A DNA stretch of 29,695 bases from Armatimonadota bacterium (GCA_039680575.1 JBDKSP010000061.1:1-29695); one strand, 5' to 3'. Shown: positions 9,854 through 20,624, numbered from the stretch's first letter. Made by a program: numbers and translations. The notes: generated from the letters alone by a model not told the origin.

Positions 9854-10252
9854 ATGAGTGTTACGGATCCAGTAGCCGATCTTCTGACTCGCATTAGAAA
9901 CGCCAATTCGGCGAATCATGATGCATTGGAAGCGCCGGCATCGAAGCTCAATATGGAGATTGTAAGAATTCTCCAGTCTGAGGGCTTCATCAAAGGATAT
10001 GAGATGGTCAAGGATGCAAAGTTCCCGACCGTCAGGATCCATCTGAAGTACGGTTCCAAGAGAGAGAAGGTAATAACAAACCTGCGGAGAGTCAGTAAGC
10101 CCGGTCTAAGGGTTTATAAGGGCAGGCAGGATCTTCCGCGCGTGCTTAGAGGACTTGGGATCGCAATAGTAAGCACGTCTAGAGGTGTTATGACGGACAG
10201 AGATGCGCGCCGCAGAAATGTCGGCGGTGAGGTGCTCTGCTACGTTTGGTAG
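9854..10252 (+). CDS. rpsH: 30S ribosomal protein uS8
   Basis: [45 protein letters not shown]. Confidence 0.98.
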   Translation: MSVTDPVADLLTRIRNANSANHDALEAPASKLNMEIVRILQSEGFIKGYEMVKDAKFPTVRIHLKYGSKREKVITNLRRVSKPGLRVYKGRQDLPRVLRGLGIAIVSTSRGVMTDRDARRRNVGGEVLCYVW

Positions 10253-10332
10253 ACAGTGCTCAGGATGTACCGATGAGTCTTGTAGACTCGAGGGATTACT
10301 GCAGACTGTGAACTGCTCTCGGGAGGATATAG

Positions 10333-10896
10333 ATGTCGAGAATTGGTAAGTTACCGGTCGTTGTACCAGCAGGTGTTGAAGTAACGACCGATGACCATAT
10401 CGTAAAAGTGAAGGGACCAAAAGGGGAGCTCTGCCAAGAGATCCATCCGGAGATAACTGTCCGAATGGAGGACGGGTCGGTATTTGTCGAGAGACCGAGC
10501 GATCAGGGGTTCCATAGGTCGCTGCACGGGCTTACCCGCTCTTTGATTGCGAACATGGTAGAAGGGGTGACTAAGGGCTACGAGCGAATACTCGAGGTCC
10601 GCGGAGTTGGTTACCGCGCGCAGATGCAGGGAGATAATCTGGTTCTGCAGGTAGGTTACTCCCATCCAGTCGAAGTGACTCCAAAACCCGGAATAAGCTT
10701 CGAAGTCGGACAGGATGTCAATACTAGGCAGCCATTTGTCGTTGTCAAAGGCATTAACAAGCAGGTTGTAGGCCAGCAAGCCGCCGAAATTCGTAAAGTA
10801 AGAAAACCTGAGCCTTATAAGGGCAAGGGAATACGTTATAAAGGCGAGTACGTAAGGCTTAAGGCAGGAAAGCAAGGTAAGGCTGGAGTCAAGTAG
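10333..10896 (+). CDS. rplF: 50S ribosomal protein uL6
   Basis: [39 protein letters not shown]. Confidence 0.98.
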   Translation: MSRIGKLPVVVPAGVEVTTDDHIVKVKGPKGELCQEIHPEITVRMEDGSVFVERPSDQGFHRSLHGLTRSLIANMVEGVTKGYERILEVRGVGYRAQMQGDNLVLQVGYSHPVEVTPKPGISFEVGQDVNTRQPFVVVKGINKQVVGQQAAEIRKVRKPEPYKGKGIRYKGEYVRLKAGKQGKAGVK

Positions 10897-10987
10897 GGGA
10901 CCTTTCAGATGGGTATCCGGTCGTGAATCTTTGATTGCGATATGGAACACTGAGTTTTCCGCTTACACTCTGCATTAGGAGATCTTT

Positions 10988-11347
10988 ATGGACAAAAGAG
11001 AGGCGCTGAGGCAAAGGCGTCATAGAAGAGTAAGAAAGAAAGTTGCCGGCACATCTGAGCGGCCGAGGCTCAACATATACAGAAGCCTGTGCAACATATA
11101 TGCGCAGATTATTGATGATACACAGGCAGTGACTGTGGCTTCTGCCTCTACTGTCGATCCTGAAATAAAGGGAAAGATAAAAACCGGCGGAAATGCTGAG
11201 TCAGCCAAGCTGGTTGGAGAAGCTGTTGCAAAGCGGGCTCTTGAGAAGGGGATCAAGAAAGTCGTCTTCGATAGAGGCGGTTATCAGTATCATGGCCGTG
11301 TACGATCACTCGCAGATGCCGCCCGCGAGGCAGGGCTGGAGTTTTAG
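10988..11347 (+). CDS. rplR: 50S ribosomal protein uL18
   Basis: [44 protein letters not shown]. Confidence 0.98.
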   Translation: MDKREALRQRRHRRVRKKVAGTSERPRLNIYRSLCNIYAQIIDDTQAVTVASASTVDPEIKGKIKTGGNAESAKLVGEAVAKRALEKGIKKVVFDRGGYQYHGRVRSLADAAREAGLEF

Positions 11348-11355
11348 GAGGATAT

Positions 11356-11943
11356 ATGCCTAAGATCAATCCGGATACGCTCGATCTCACTGAGCAGGTA
11401 ATAAGGACCAATAAGGTCCAGAAGACCCACAAGGGCGGACGGACGCTATCATGGAGCGTGCTTACTGCCGTCGGCGACAAAGCCGGGCATGTGGGCGTTG
11501 GCCTCGGAAAAGCTCGCGGCATCCCGGATGCCATTAGAAAGAGCATAGAGGCAGCCAAGAAGAATATTATAAAAGTCCCGTTGGTCGGGGATACTATTCC
11601 GCACGAGATAGAAGTCTCGATGGGAGCATCGACCGTGCTTCTCAAGCCCGCATCACCCGGAACCGGGGTCGTGGCTGGTGGTGCGGTCAGACCGATATTG
11701 GAACTTGCCGGTCTGAGAGATGTACTTGCGAAATCGCATGGTTCCGGTAATCCTGTAAATACTGCAGCCGCGACGATGATCGCGCTAAAGCAGTTGAAAC
11801 AGGCTGATAAGGTTAGCGCTCTTCGTGGTAAAAGCGTGGAAGAGATGGTGCCCTGGCTGAAGAAACTCAATTTGATTGAAGAGCCGGGAACTGAAGTAGT
11901 TGAAGAACCAGTCGCAGCAGTGGAAGGTTCAGAGACGGAATAA
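11356..11943 (+). CDS. rpsE: 30S ribosomal protein uS5 with acidic C-terminal tail
   Basis: KTHKGGR..VGDKAGHVGVGLGKA..LKPASPGTGVVAGG..KSHGSGNP. Confidence 0.97.
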   Translation: MPKINPDTLDLTEQVIRTNKVQKTHKGGRTLSWSVLTAVGDKAGHVGVGLGKARGIPDAIRKSIEAAKKNIIKVPLVGDTIPHEIEVSMGASTVLLKPASPGTGVVAGGAVRPILELAGLRDVLAKSHGSGNPVNTAAATMIALKQLKQADKVSALRGKSVEEMVPWLKKLNLIEEPGTEVVEEPVAAVEGSETE

Positions 11944-11985
11944 GACTTATTTATTATAGTCATAGGACTTAAGAGGAACGACCAG

Positions 11986-12183
11986 ATGATTAAGATTACA
12001 CTCAAACGGAGCGTGATCGGATTTAACGAGAAACAGCGCAAGACAGTACAGTCGCTCGGATTAGGGCGGGTCGGTTCGGCAGTAGTGCATGAGGAGACCC
12101 CTGTAATTCTCGGTATGATCCGTAAAGTGCCTCATCTGCTCTCGGTTGAGCGGCTTGAGGATCCGGTGGAGGGCAGCAAGTAA
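11986..12183 (+). CDS. rpmD: 50S ribosomal protein uL30
   Basis: [36 protein letters not shown]. Confidence 0.96.
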   Translation: MIKITLKRSVIGFNEKQRKTVQSLGLGRVGSAVVHEETPVILGMIRKVPHLLSVERLEDPVEGSK

Positions 12184-12620
12184 TGAAATTGGCGGATCTA
12201 AAACCGGCTACTCCGCAAAAAGACCGAAAACGTATCGGTCGCGGTATTGGTACCGGACAAGGCAAGACTGCCGGTAAAGGCAGCAAAGGCCAGAAGGCAC
12301 GAAATACTGTTAGACCGGGCTTCGAAGGCGGACAGACTCCTTTGCATAGAAGACTTCCGCATATGAAGGGCTTTAATAACAGATTTAGAAAAGTGTATTC
12401 GATAGTAAACCTAGAACAGCTCGAAAAACTCGATGCCGGAACGGAAGTAACACCAGAACTTCTTTCGGAAATGGGATTTGTAAAGAAGCTGGAGGATGGT
12501 CTGAAAGTGCTTGCGGATGGCGAGCTCACAAAAGCTCTGACCGTTAAGGCACACAAATTCAGCAAAGTTGCCGAGGAGAAAATCAAAGCTGCGGGCGGAA
12601 GCACGGAGGTATTATCGTAA
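12183..12620 (+). CDS. rplO: 50S ribosomal protein uL15
   Basis: [45 protein letters not shown]. Confidence 0.98.
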   Translation: MKLADLKPATPQKDRKRIGRGIGTGQGKTAGKGSKGQKARNTVRPGFEGGQTPLHRRLPHMKGFNNRFRKVYSIVNLEQLEKLDAGTEVTPELLSEMGFVKKLEDGLKVLADGELTKALTVKAHKFSKVAEEKIKAAGGSTEVLS

Positions 12621-13903
12621 TGCTGACATCTATTCTGGCCGCTTTTAAGGTGCCGGATCTGAAGAAACGAATACTGTTTGTGTTCGGGATGTTCGCGATC
12701 TTTGTAGTTGGTGTGCATATTCCTGTGGGTGTTGACTCAACTGCTTTGAGAGATCTGGCTGAGCGGGGTGGTATGCTTGGTCTGATCGACGTGTTCACCG
12801 GCGGAGCTTTCAAAAAGTTCTCCATCTTTGCGCTTGGTATAATTCCTTATATTAACGCATCCATTATCATGCAGTTGCTTACAATGGCAATACCGCAGCT
12901 TGCAGATTTGCAGAAAGAAGGAGAGCCAGGCCAGAAGAAGATCAGACTTTGGACTCGCTGGATGACCGGCGCACTTTCAATATTGCAGGCCGCCGGTATG
13001 GCAGCGTGGCTGAATAAAGCTGCAGGTGGGGGCGCAATCGTCGGAGTGCAGTGGGCACAGGTCATTCTTACCCTTGCTGCAGGAACCGCGTTCTTAATGT
13101 GGCTCGGCGAGATGATTACAGACCGAGGGATCGGAAATGGCGTATCGCTGATCATTTTCGCAGGTATCGTAGCTATGTTGCCCTTCCAGATGCAGACGGT
13201 GTGGGAGCAATTAAAGGCCGGAGTCATCGGCTGGCATAATGCGATTGCACTGATTGCAGTATTTGTGATTACGATCATGGCTATAGTTGCGGTGACCCAG
13301 GCTCAAAGGAAGATACCGATACAACACGTTAAGCGCGTAGTCGGGAACAAGATGTACGGTGGACAGAGTTCGTATTTGCCCCTGAGGGTAAACTCGGCTG
13401 GTGTTATCCCGATCATCTTTGCGATTTCGCTTTTGATGTTCCCGCAGACGATAGCTCAGTTTCTGCCTGCCACGGGGACAGGTGTAATATCGTTTTTAAG
13501 GAACGCAGCAGACGTGCTGTCTCCGGGAAGTCACATTGTGGGATCTCTTGTTTATGCGGCTCTGATAATCTTCTTCACATATTTCTACACCGCAATTACA
13601 TTCAATGTTCCAGAAGTTGCGGATAACCTGAAGAAGTGGGGCAGCTTTATCCCTGGCATAAGACCGGGCAAGCCTACAATGGAATACCTGGACAAGGTTA
13701 TGACAAGGATAACTCTGGCAGGAGCAATATTCCTTGCTGTTATCGCACTGGCGCAGTATTACCTGCCTGTTTGGGTGGGTGTGACCGGGTTTACGCTCTT
13801 AGGTGGAACATCACTACTGATCGTAGTCGGTGTAGCGCTTGAAACAATGCAGGCGATAGAAGCTCAGCTCACAATGCGCCACTACGAAGGGTTCATAAAG
13901 TAG
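12620..13903 (+). CDS. secY: Preprotein translocase subunit SecY
   Basis: FSIFALGIIPYINASIIMQLL..WLGEMITDRGIGNGVSL..PLRVNSAGVIPIIFA..IPGIRPG..GGTSLLIVVGV. Confidence 0.98.
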   Translation: MLTSILAAFKVPDLKKRILFVFGMFAIFVVGVHIPVGVDSTALRDLAERGGMLGLIDVFTGGAFKKFSIFALGIIPYINASIIMQLLTMAIPQLADLQKEGEPGQKKIRLWTRWMTGALSILQAAGMAAWLNKAAGGGAIVGVQWAQVILTLAAGTAFLMWLGEMITDRGIGNGVSLIIFAGIVAMLPFQMQTVWEQLKAGVIGWHNAIALIAVFVITIMAIVAVTQAQRKIPIQHVKRVVGNKMYGGQSSYLPLRVNSAGVIPIIFAISLLMFPQTIAQFLPATGTGVISFLRNAADVLSPGSHIVGSLVYAALIIFFTYFYTAITFNVPEVADNLKKWGSFIPGIRPGKPTMEYLDKVMTRITLAGAIFLAVIALAQYYLPVWVGVTGFTLLGGTSLLIVVGVALETMQAIEAQLTMRHYEGFIK

Positions 13904-13992
13904 ATTGAGAATGCTAGATGCGAGCGTCGGGAATCCTAATGATGGTTCTTGCCGCTCGCGCTTAATGAAGAATGGTTCTTAGGGGACACAAT

Positions 13993-14634
13993 TTGCGGAT
14001 AGTATTATTTGGACCGCCTGGAGCAGGAAAAGGCACGCAGGCGGTACGTTTGAGTGAGAAGTTCAATGCAGCTCATATCTCAACGGGAGATATCCTGAGA
14101 GAGTCCGTATCAAAAGGTACGGAGATAGGGTTGAGAGCTAAAAGTTATATGGATCGGGGTGAGCTAGTCCCGGACGAAGTAGTAATTGAAATAGCAAAGC
14201 AGAAAATGGAGGAAGTAGGGAAATCCGGGTTTATATTGGACGGTTTCCCCAGGACTGTTCCGCAGGCAGAAGCTCTGGACGCGGTTCTTTCAGATCTTGA
14301 TCTTCCTATCGAATCTGTTATAAGCCTGCAAGTGTCTGAGGACGAACTTGTAAAGCGTCTGTCAGGCCGAAGAATATGCGCAGGTTGCAGCCGGCCAGCC
14401 CAAGTCGAAATGACGGAGCAGGGGACAGAGGCTGCATGTAAGGCATGCGGCGGTGAGATGGTCCAGAGAGCAGATGATAAGCCGGAAGCGGTTTTGAACA
14501 GGCTCAAAGTATATGGGAAATCAACCGCTCCGCTGATAGATTACTATCGTAACCGTAAATTACTCAGGGATATAGATGCATCCGGGCCTGTAGAGCAGGT
14601 ATTTGAGAGAGTCGTAGATGCACTAAAGAAATGA
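13993..14634 (+). CDS. adk: Adenylate kinase with zinc-type lid (TTG start)
   Basis: [26 protein letters not shown], lid CAGC..CKAC; AGGGGA SD at 13981. Confidence 0.96.
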   Translation: MRIVLFGPPGAGKGTQAVRLSEKFNAAHISTGDILRESVSKGTEIGLRAKSYMDRGELVPDEVVIEIAKQKMEEVGKSGFILDGFPRTVPQAEALDAVLSDLDLPIESVISLQVSEDELVKRLSGRRICAGCSRPAQVEMTEQGTEAACKACGGEMVQRADDKPEAVLNRLKVYGKSTAPLIDYYRNRKLLRDIDASGPVEQVFERVVDALKK

Positions 14635-15401
14635 TTAAGATTAAGAGTCAGGAAGAAATCGAAAAGATGAGAGTGGCCGGGCGGTTAGTTGCCCAGACTC
14701 TGGAAGCAGTAGTAGCTTCAATTGTGCCTGGAAAGACCAGGACAATCGATCTGGATATTCTTGCTGAGTATTTGATAACAGAACATGGCGGAGTACCTTC
14801 CTTCAAAGGTTATAACGGCTATCCGGCTTCGATTTGCGCATCGGTGAATGAGGAAGTTGTCCATGGTATTCCTGGAGATAGGATTCTTCAGCCGGGTGAT
14901 ATAGTCGGATTGGATCTTGGAGCGATTGTAAATGGCTACCACGGAGATTCAACAGTGACCGCTCCGGTCGGCGAAGTATCCGAAGAAGCGAAAAACCTTC
15001 TTAAGGTAACAAGAGAATCGCTTTTTAAGGGGATAGAAAAGGCAAAAGCCGGAAATCGGATCGGTGATATAGCTCACGCTATACAAGAGTATGCCGAAAG
15101 CAAGGGCTACTCGATTGTGAGAGAACTGGTAGGACATGGGATCGGTTCCAGAATGCATGAGGACCCACAGGTACCGAACTTTGGAAAACCAGGACATGGC
15201 GAAGTGCTCAAACCCGGTATGACCCTGGCGATAGAGCCGATGGTAAACGCTGGGGACTATAGAGTAAAGCAGCTGTTGGATGGTTGGACATATATCACCA
15301 AAGACCGGAAGCTGTCCGCTCATTTTGAGCATACAGTGGTAATTACAGAAGGTAAACCGGAAATACTCACGCTGAGGCGTGAGGAAGGGGCGAGGCAATA
15401 G
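14631..15401 (+). CDS. map: Methionine aminopeptidase type I
   Basis: [38 protein letters not shown]. Confidence 0.97.
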   Translation: MIKIKSQEEIEKMRVAGRLVAQTLEAVVASIVPGKTRTIDLDILAEYLITEHGGVPSFKGYNGYPASICASVNEEVVHGIPGDRILQPGDIVGLDLGAIVNGYHGDSTVTAPVGEVSEEAKNLLKVTRESLFKGIEKAKAGNRIGDIAHAIQEYAESKGYSIVRELVGHGIGSRMHEDPQVPNFGKPGHGEVLKPGMTLAIEPMVNAGDYRVKQLLDGWTYITKDRKLSAHFEHTVVITEGKPEILTLRREEGARQ

Positions 15402-15406
15402 TTAAG

Positions 15407-15625
15407 GTGGCCAAAGAGAAAGCGATTGAAGTCGAGGGTGTTGTAACGGAGACTCTACCGAATGCTATGTTTCGGATCGAGCTTTCGAACGGGCATAAGG
15501 TGCTGGCTCACGTTTCCGGTAAAATCCGTATGCATTTCATTAAGATTTTACCTGGAGACAGGGTATTGGTGGAATTATCTCCTTACGACCTGTCAAGAGG
15601 CAGGATAATTTATAGGTACAAGTAA
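15407..15625 (+). CDS. infA: Translation initiation factor IF-1 (GTG start)
   Basis: [41 protein letters not shown]. Confidence 0.98.
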   Translation: MAKEKAIEVEGVVTETLPNAMFRIELSNGHKVLAHVSGKIRMHFIKILPGDRVLVELSPYDLSRGRIIYRYK

Positions 15626-15693
15626 GTTAGCGGGTATGATGTCGAGAATAGAAGCTATAAATCGACATTATGGCTCGCATCAGGAGAGTTACA

Positions 15694-15810
15694 TTGAAGG
15701 TTAGAGCTTCAGTAAAAAAAATGTGTGATAAATGCAAGATCATTAAGAGGGAAGGCGTCCTGAGAGTGATCTGCAAGCAGTACCCCAAGCATAAGCAGAG
15801 ACAGGGGTAA
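15694..15810 (+). CDS. rpmJ: 50S ribosomal protein bL36, zinc-binding form (38 aa, TTG start; below ORF-track cutoff)
   Basis: Manual translation [45 protein letters not shown]. Confidence 0.96.
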   Translation: MKVRASVKKMCDKCKIIKREGVLRVICKQYPKHKQRQG

Positions 15811-15817
15811 TCGTGGC

Positions 15818-15888
15818 CGAGTGCTGAGCGATGAGTGATGAGGAATGAGCAATTGTCTCGGAACTCAGAACTTGATACTCAGAACTGA
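15818..15888. repeat. Heptamer-periodic imperfect inverted repeat (TGAG-type left arm, CTCAGAA right arm)
   Basis: GAG at 15819, 15826, 15833, 15840, 15847; CTC/CTT/CTG at 15857, 15864, 15871, 15878, 15885. Confidence 0.8.
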
Positions 15889-15909
15889 TCAAATGGAGGT
15901 AGGCTAGAC

Positions 15910-16287
15910 TTGGCAAGAATTGCGGGAGTAGACCTTCCGAGAGACAAGCGAATTGAAGTAGCCCTGACGTATATATTTGGTATCGGTGAAACTTCAAGCA
16001 AGAAGATCATCGAAGCAGCCGGAATATCGACTGATACCCGAGTACGTGATCTGACTGAGGGCGAGGTATCAAAGCTGAGAGAGGTTATCGAACGTGAGTA
16101 TCAGGTCGAAGGAGACCTGAGACGGCAGCTTTCGATGAGCATCAGGCGGCTTATTGAGATCGGCTCTTACAGAGGGATCCGCCATAGGAGAGGGCTTCCA
16201 GTTCGCGGTCAGCGCACCAGCACCAATGCTCGAACCAGAAAAGGTCCGAAGCGGACGGTCGGTGTAAGGCGGAAGAAAGTTAAATAG
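15910..16287 (+). CDS. rpsM: 30S ribosomal protein uS13 (TTG start)
   Basis: [50 protein letters not shown]. Confidence 0.98.
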   Translation: MARIAGVDLPRDKRIEVALTYIFGIGETSSKKIIEAAGISTDTRVRDLTEGEVSKLREVIEREYQVEGDLRRQLSMSIRRLIEIGSYRGIRHRRGLPVRGQRTSTNARTRKGPKRTVGVRRKKVK

Positions 16288-16362
16288 AGTGAGGTGAAGG
16301 TTATTGATAACCATCTGGTCATCGGAACCTTCGATCTTTGACTCAAATAGGGGGATTCAGGC

Positions 16363-16761
16363 TTGGTAAGAAAAGCAACGACGACTGGTAGGGGCAAAGC
16401 CAAAGAGAAGAAGAATGTCGCTCTTGGAATAGCTCACATCCAGAGCACGTTTAATAATACGATTGTGTCGATCTCTGACACGTCAGGAAATCTCCTTTCG
16501 TGGGCGAGTGCGGGCACAGTCGGATTCAAAGGAACGAAGAAGGGAACACCGTTTGCAGCCCAGATGGCGGCTGAATCCGCTGCCAGAAGAGCTATGGAGC
16601 ATGGGCTGAAACGCGTGGATGTATATGTGAAGGGGCCCGGATCGGGCCGTGAAACGGCGATACGGTCATTACAGGCTGTCGGACTGGAAGTGAGTCTCAT
16701 AAAAGACGTTACTCCTATTCCGCACAATGGATGCAGACCGCCAAAACGGCGCCGGGTGTAA
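16363..16761 (+). CDS. rpsK: 30S ribosomal protein uS11 (TTG start)
   Basis: [52 protein letters not shown]. Confidence 0.98.
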   Translation: MVRKATTTGRGKAKEKKNVALGIAHIQSTFNNTIVSISDTSGNLLSWASAGTVGFKGTKKGTPFAAQMAAESAARRAMEHGLKRVDVYVKGPGSGRETAIRSLQAVGLEVSLIKDVTPIPHNGCRPPKRRRV

Positions 16762-16785
16762 GACTTCAAGGAGAAGACACAGGAT

Positions 16786-17424
16786 ATGGCAACTCAGGGA
16801 GCGCCCGTCTGCAGGCTGTGCAGGCGAGAAGGTGAGAAGCTCTACCTCAAGGGAGACAAGTGCTTCTCCCGTAAATGTCCGGTAGAACGGCGCCCGTATG
16901 CGCCAGGTCAGCACGGACAAGGCAGGCAGGGGCGACAGCAGAAGCTATCGGATTACGGGATACAGCTTCGAGAAAAACAGAAGATGCGCAGGATTTATGG
17001 CGTGCGCGAGACACAGTTCCGCAATTACATGAAGGAAGCAATTCGCCGCAGAGGCGTCACAGGCGAGACACTGCTTCAGATTATCGAATGCAGACTCGAT
17101 AATGTAGTCTACAGGCTGGGTGTTGCTTCCTCACGAGCTCAGGCTCGGCAGTTTGTGAGCCATGGGCATATACTCGTGAACGGGCGTCGAGTCAACATAG
17201 CGTCGTACCTCGTAAAACCTGGTGAGACGATCGAGGTTAAAGAGAGCGGCAGAAGTATTAAGCCGATTCTAGCTTCAATCGAAAGTTCAGGTGGAAGAGC
17301 TCTTCCGGCATGGCTGCAGTTTGACGCGAATCAGATGAGAGGGACGATCCTCTCAATGCCGGTCCGCGATGAGATTGATACGGACGTCCAGGAATCTCTG
17401 ATCGTAGAGTTCTATTCGAGATAA
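16786..17424 (+). CDS. rpsD: 30S ribosomal protein uS4 (zinc-binding form)
   Basis: [50 protein letters not shown]. Confidence 0.98.
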   Translation: MATQGAPVCRLCRREGEKLYLKGDKCFSRKCPVERRPYAPGQHGQGRQGRQQKLSDYGIQLREKQKMRRIYGVRETQFRNYMKEAIRRRGVTGETLLQIIECRLDNVVYRLGVASSRAQARQFVSHGHILVNGRRVNIASYLVKPGETIEVKESGRSIKPILASIESSGGRALPAWLQFDANQMRGTILSMPVRDEIDTDVQESLIVEFYSR

Positions 17425-17443
17425 GGACGGAGTGTAATCAAAT

Positions 17444-18505
17444 ATGGATATGGTAACGCCACGCATTGAGATACTGGAAGAAAACGAGACATACGGCAAG
17501 TTCGTGATAGAACCGCAGGAACATGGTTTCGGCACGACTATCGGTAATGCTCTTCGCCGCGTCATGCTCTCGTCAATTCCGGGCGCTGCGGTGACTACGA
17601 TTAAGATCGATGGAGTACTGCACGAGTTCTCGACGATACCGGGCGTGAAAGAAGATACGACCGAACTCATCTTGAATCTGCGCGAGTTGAATGTCAGGAT
17701 GATCCACGACGGTACAGGCAGACCGGAACCAAAAGTAATCGAGATAGATGTGCATGGGCCGGGTGATGTAACCGGAGCGGACATTAAAACACCGCCAGAG
17801 ATCGAGGTAGCAAATCCGGAAGTCCACATTGCAACATTGGATAGCGAGACAGCGCACCTCAAAATGGAGATGACGGTCGAAATCGGAAGAGGCTATGTGC
17901 CTCCAGACAAGCAGGAACGTGCTAAACAGACCATCGGCTTGATTCCGATAGGCGCAGTATTCACCCCCGTAAGGAAGGTGAGCTATAACGTAGAGCCTAC
18001 TCGTGTTGGGCATAAGACCGATTATGACAGGCTCGTTCTTGAGGTCTGGACGAATGGCACGATAATGCCGAGCGACGCGGTAAGCGACGCGGCAAAGATT
18101 CTCGACAAGCATCTCAGGCTGTTCTTCGAATTTTCGAGCAGCCCGAGAGCTGGGTTCGTAGATTTCGGTATGGATGGTCCAATGGCCGGTCCGCAGGCTC
18201 CAGATGCCCGGATCGAGGAATTGGATTTCTCCGTGCGAACTTACAATTGCTTGAAAAAGGCCAATATCTTGACCATTGGTGAGCTTGTACAGTACAGTGA
18301 AGTCGACCTGATGACCATCAGGAACTTCGGTCGAAAGTCGCTCACCGAGGTCAAGGAGAAGTTGGATATGCTTGGGCTGAGTCTCAGGAAGTCCAAAGAC
18401 GGCGGGCCTGGCATAGCGCTTGACGAATCCGAAGATGAGATTGACGAAGCCGCTGGCGAGTCAGAGGATCTTGATACGACACCGGACGAAGAGGAAGAGG
18501 AGTAG
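17444..18505 (+). CDS. rpoA: RNA polymerase alpha subunit with acidic C-terminal tail
   Basis: GFGTTIGNALRRVMLSSIPG..HEFSTIPGVKED..SVRTYNCLK..NFGRKSLTEV. Confidence 0.98.
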   Translation: MDMVTPRIEILEENETYGKFVIEPQEHGFGTTIGNALRRVMLSSIPGAAVTTIKIDGVLHEFSTIPGVKEDTTELILNLRELNVRMIHDGTGRPEPKVIEIDVHGPGDVTGADIKTPPEIEVANPEVHIATLDSETAHLKMEMTVEIGRGYVPPDKQERAKQTIGLIPIGAVFTPVRKVSYNVEPTRVGHKTDYDRLVLEVWTNGTIMPSDAVSDAAKILDKHLRLFFEFSSSPRAGFVDFGMDGPMAGPQAPDARIEELDFSVRTYNCLKKANILTIGELVQYSEVDLMTIRNFGRKSLTEVKEKLDMLGLSLRKSKDGGPGIALDESEDEIDEAAGESEDLDTTPDEEEEE

Positions 18506-18545
18506 CTCCACCGGAAACACCTGGATGAAGGTAGGTTAACTTAGG

Positions 18546-18905
18546 ATGCGACATAGAGTAGCTGGAAGGAAATTCGATCTGCCGACCGATCAGAGGTTAG
18601 CTCTTCTAAGAGGGCTGGTTCGATCACTCCTTCTGCATGAAAGAATAGAAACAACTGAAACGCGAGCCAAAGATGTACGCTGCATTGCTGAGAAGGTCAT
18701 AACAGTGGCCAAAGATAACACGCTGCATGCGCGAAGGCAGGCGAGGAAGGTGCTGAATGACGAGGATCTCGTCAAAAAGCTCTTCGATCAGATTGCGCCC
18801 AAGTTCGCAGATCGTTCCGGCGGTTACACCCGGATAATAAAGATCGGCTTCAGGCGCGGCGACGCTGCTCCGATGGTCAAGCTTGAACTGGCTACGGAGG
18901 AATAG
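18546..18905 (+). CDS. rplQ: 50S ribosomal protein bL17
   Basis: [39 protein letters not shown]. Confidence 0.98.
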   Translation: MRHRVAGRKFDLPTDQRLALLRGLVRSLLLHERIETTETRAKDVRCIAEKVITVAKDNTLHARRQARKVLNDEDLVKKLFDQIAPKFADRSGGYTRIIKIGFRRGDAAPMVKLELATEE

Positions 18906-18910
18906 CTTTA

Positions 18911-18990
18911 AAGCTGTCAGCAGTCAGTAATCAGCTACGGGTATAGAGATAGTTGATATACTGAAGGCTGATAGCTGATGGCTGATAACT
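18911..18990. repeat. Heptamer-periodic imperfect inverted repeat, same unit family as 273-351
   Basis: CAG at 18918, 18925, 18932; CTG at 18961, 18968, 18975, 18982 (gctgata gctgatg gctgata). Confidence 0.75.
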
Positions 18991-19725
18991 ATGAGGAATA
19001 TCAAAGTAGTCGTTGAATATGATGGGACTGACTATTTTGGATTTCAGAAGCAGCCGGGGATGCAGACGATTCAGGGAAAACTTGAATCCGCGCTGACTCG
19101 GATAATAAAAGAAACCGTAGCGGTATGTGGAGCCGGCAGGACTGATGCCGGAGTGCATGCCCATGGACAGGTAATAAACTTTAAGGCCGGGGGCACGATC
19201 CAGACGAAGAAGATTGTCGTCGCATTGAATTCGATGCTTCCAAAGGATATTGTAGCCAAAGATGCGGTAGAAGCGCCGGATGAGTTTCATTCCAGGTATT
19301 CAGCCAAGTCCAGGGTCTACAAATATGTTATTTTGAACGATGAGATCCCATCGGCGATTTCAGCAAGGTTCGTCTGGTGTTTTCCGTATAAGCTGGATGA
19401 AACCGTGATGAACCGCGCAGCCGAAGCACTCCTTGGAGTGCATGATTTCACATCGTTTTCAGCGGCAGGTGCGGATATTCCGCACCGAGTCCGCGAAATA
19501 AAGAAACTTGCTGTTCATAGGAATGGTAAGCATATAATATTCGATATCGAGGCGAACGCCTTTCTGCACAGTATGGCAAGAATAATAGTGGGAACACTCA
19601 CGGATGTGGGGCAGGGAAGGCTGGAGCCGAAGGATATAGCAAGGATATTAGAAGCAAAGGACCGGCGGCTGGCCGGCAAGACAGCGCCCCCTTCCGGGTT
19701 GTCGCTGATGGAGGTTACATATTAG
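18991..19725 (+). CDS. truA: tRNA pseudouridine(38-40) synthase TruA
   Basis: YDGTDYFGFQKQP, AGRTDAGVHA, FHSRYSA, HDFTSF, AFLHSMARIIVG, TAPPSGL. Confidence 0.97.
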   Translation: MRNIKVVVEYDGTDYFGFQKQPGMQTIQGKLESALTRIIKETVAVCGAGRTDAGVHAHGQVINFKAGGTIQTKKIVVALNSMLPKDIVAKDAVEAPDEFHSRYSAKSRVYKYVILNDEIPSAISARFVWCFPYKLDETVMNRAAEALLGVHDFTSFSAAGADIPHRVREIKKLAVHRNGKHIIFDIEANAFLHSMARIIVGTLTDVGQGRLEPKDIARILEAKDRRLAGKTAPPSGLSLMEVTY

Positions 19726-19726
19726 A

Positions 19727-20155
19727 ATGAGAACATATCAGGCTAAGCCACAAGAAATCGAGCGAAAATGGTATGTGGTGGATGCAGCTGATAAGCCGGT
19801 CGGCAGGGTTGCCTCCCAGGTCGCAAAGATATTGAGGGGCAAGAACAAGCCGATCTTTACTCCGCACGTTGATACGGGTGATTTTGTGATCATCGTCAAC
19901 GCGTCGAAAGCAAGATTGAGTGGAACAAACAAGCCGGATGAACTGATTTATTGGCATACGATGTACCCAGGCGGACTGCGAAGTGTAAGCCGTGGAAAGC
20001 TGCTCCAAGAGCGGCCGGATAGGACTATTACAAGGGCGGTCAAGGGAATGCTGCCGCACAATAAGCTCGGCGCACAGATACTGCGCAAGCTCAAAGTGTA
20101 TGCAGGCCCGGAGCACCCGCACGAAGCGCAAATGCCTGAAAAGTTGGAAATCTAG
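19727..20155 (+). CDS. rplM: 50S ribosomal protein uL13
   Basis: WYVVDA..GRVAS..LRGKNKPIFTPHVDTGDFVII..GMLPHN..LKVYAGPEHPHEAQ. Confidence 0.98.
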   Translation: MRTYQAKPQEIERKWYVVDAADKPVGRVASQVAKILRGKNKPIFTPHVDTGDFVIIVNASKARLSGTNKPDELIYWHTMYPGGLRSVSRGKLLQERPDRTITRAVKGMLPHNKLGAQILRKLKVYAGPEHPHEAQMPEKLEI

Positions 20156-20167
20156 GAGGAAGATCCT

Positions 20168-20563
20168 TTGGAGCAGACCGCAAGATATTACGCCACAGGC
20201 CATCGAAAGAACGCAACCGCCAAGGTCTGGCTTACGCCAGGCGAAGGCAATATTACGATCAATGGCCGGCCTATGGCGGAATACTTCGGCCGCAAGACTC
20301 TTGAGATGCTGGTTCAGCAGCCGTTCGAGGCAGTCAACGCCGTAGGTAAATACGACGTAAACGTGACAGCTCTTGGCGGTGGGATCACCGGTCAGGCAGG
20401 AGCTGTTCGCCACGGAATATCCAAGGCGCTCCTCGAAGTCGGTGATGATTTGAGACCTGTCCTTCGAAGACAGGGCTTCCTGACCAGAGACCCGAGAGTA
20501 AAAGAGCGGAAGAAGTATGGGCGTAAGAGAGCAAGAAGAGGATTCCAGTTCTCGAAACGTTAA
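20168..20563 (+). CDS. rpsI: 30S ribosomal protein uS9 (TTG start)
   Basis: [49 protein letters not shown]. Confidence 0.98.
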   Translation: MEQTARYYATGHRKNATAKVWLTPGEGNITINGRPMAEYFGRKTLEMLVQQPFEAVNAVGKYDVNVTALGGGITGQAGAVRHGISKALLEVGDDLRPVLRRQGFLTRDPRVKERKKYGRKRARRGFQFSKR

Positions 20564-20624
20564 GATTATGGAAGTCAGCTTTCTCCCATCAGTGGTGGAA
20601 AGCTCGAACAGACGGCAGGAATAT

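Noticed and set aside
10270..10305. Hammerhead-like CCGATGAGTC..GAC in the rpsH-rplF spacer
   Set aside because: Lacks the invariant CUGA and the GAAA after stem II; it is a simple GAGTCT/AGACTC hairpin.
6497..17424. Zinc-binding forms of uL24, uS14, bL36, uS4 and the Adk lid
   Set aside because: Real, but common in anaerobes and deep-branching lineages; not novel.
305..20413. Many minus-strand and alternate-frame ORFs over the ribosomal genes (e.g. 3519-4304, 11253-12041, 12023-12718, 19715-20413)
   Set aside because: Shadow ORFs of conserved genes, with no recognisable motifs.
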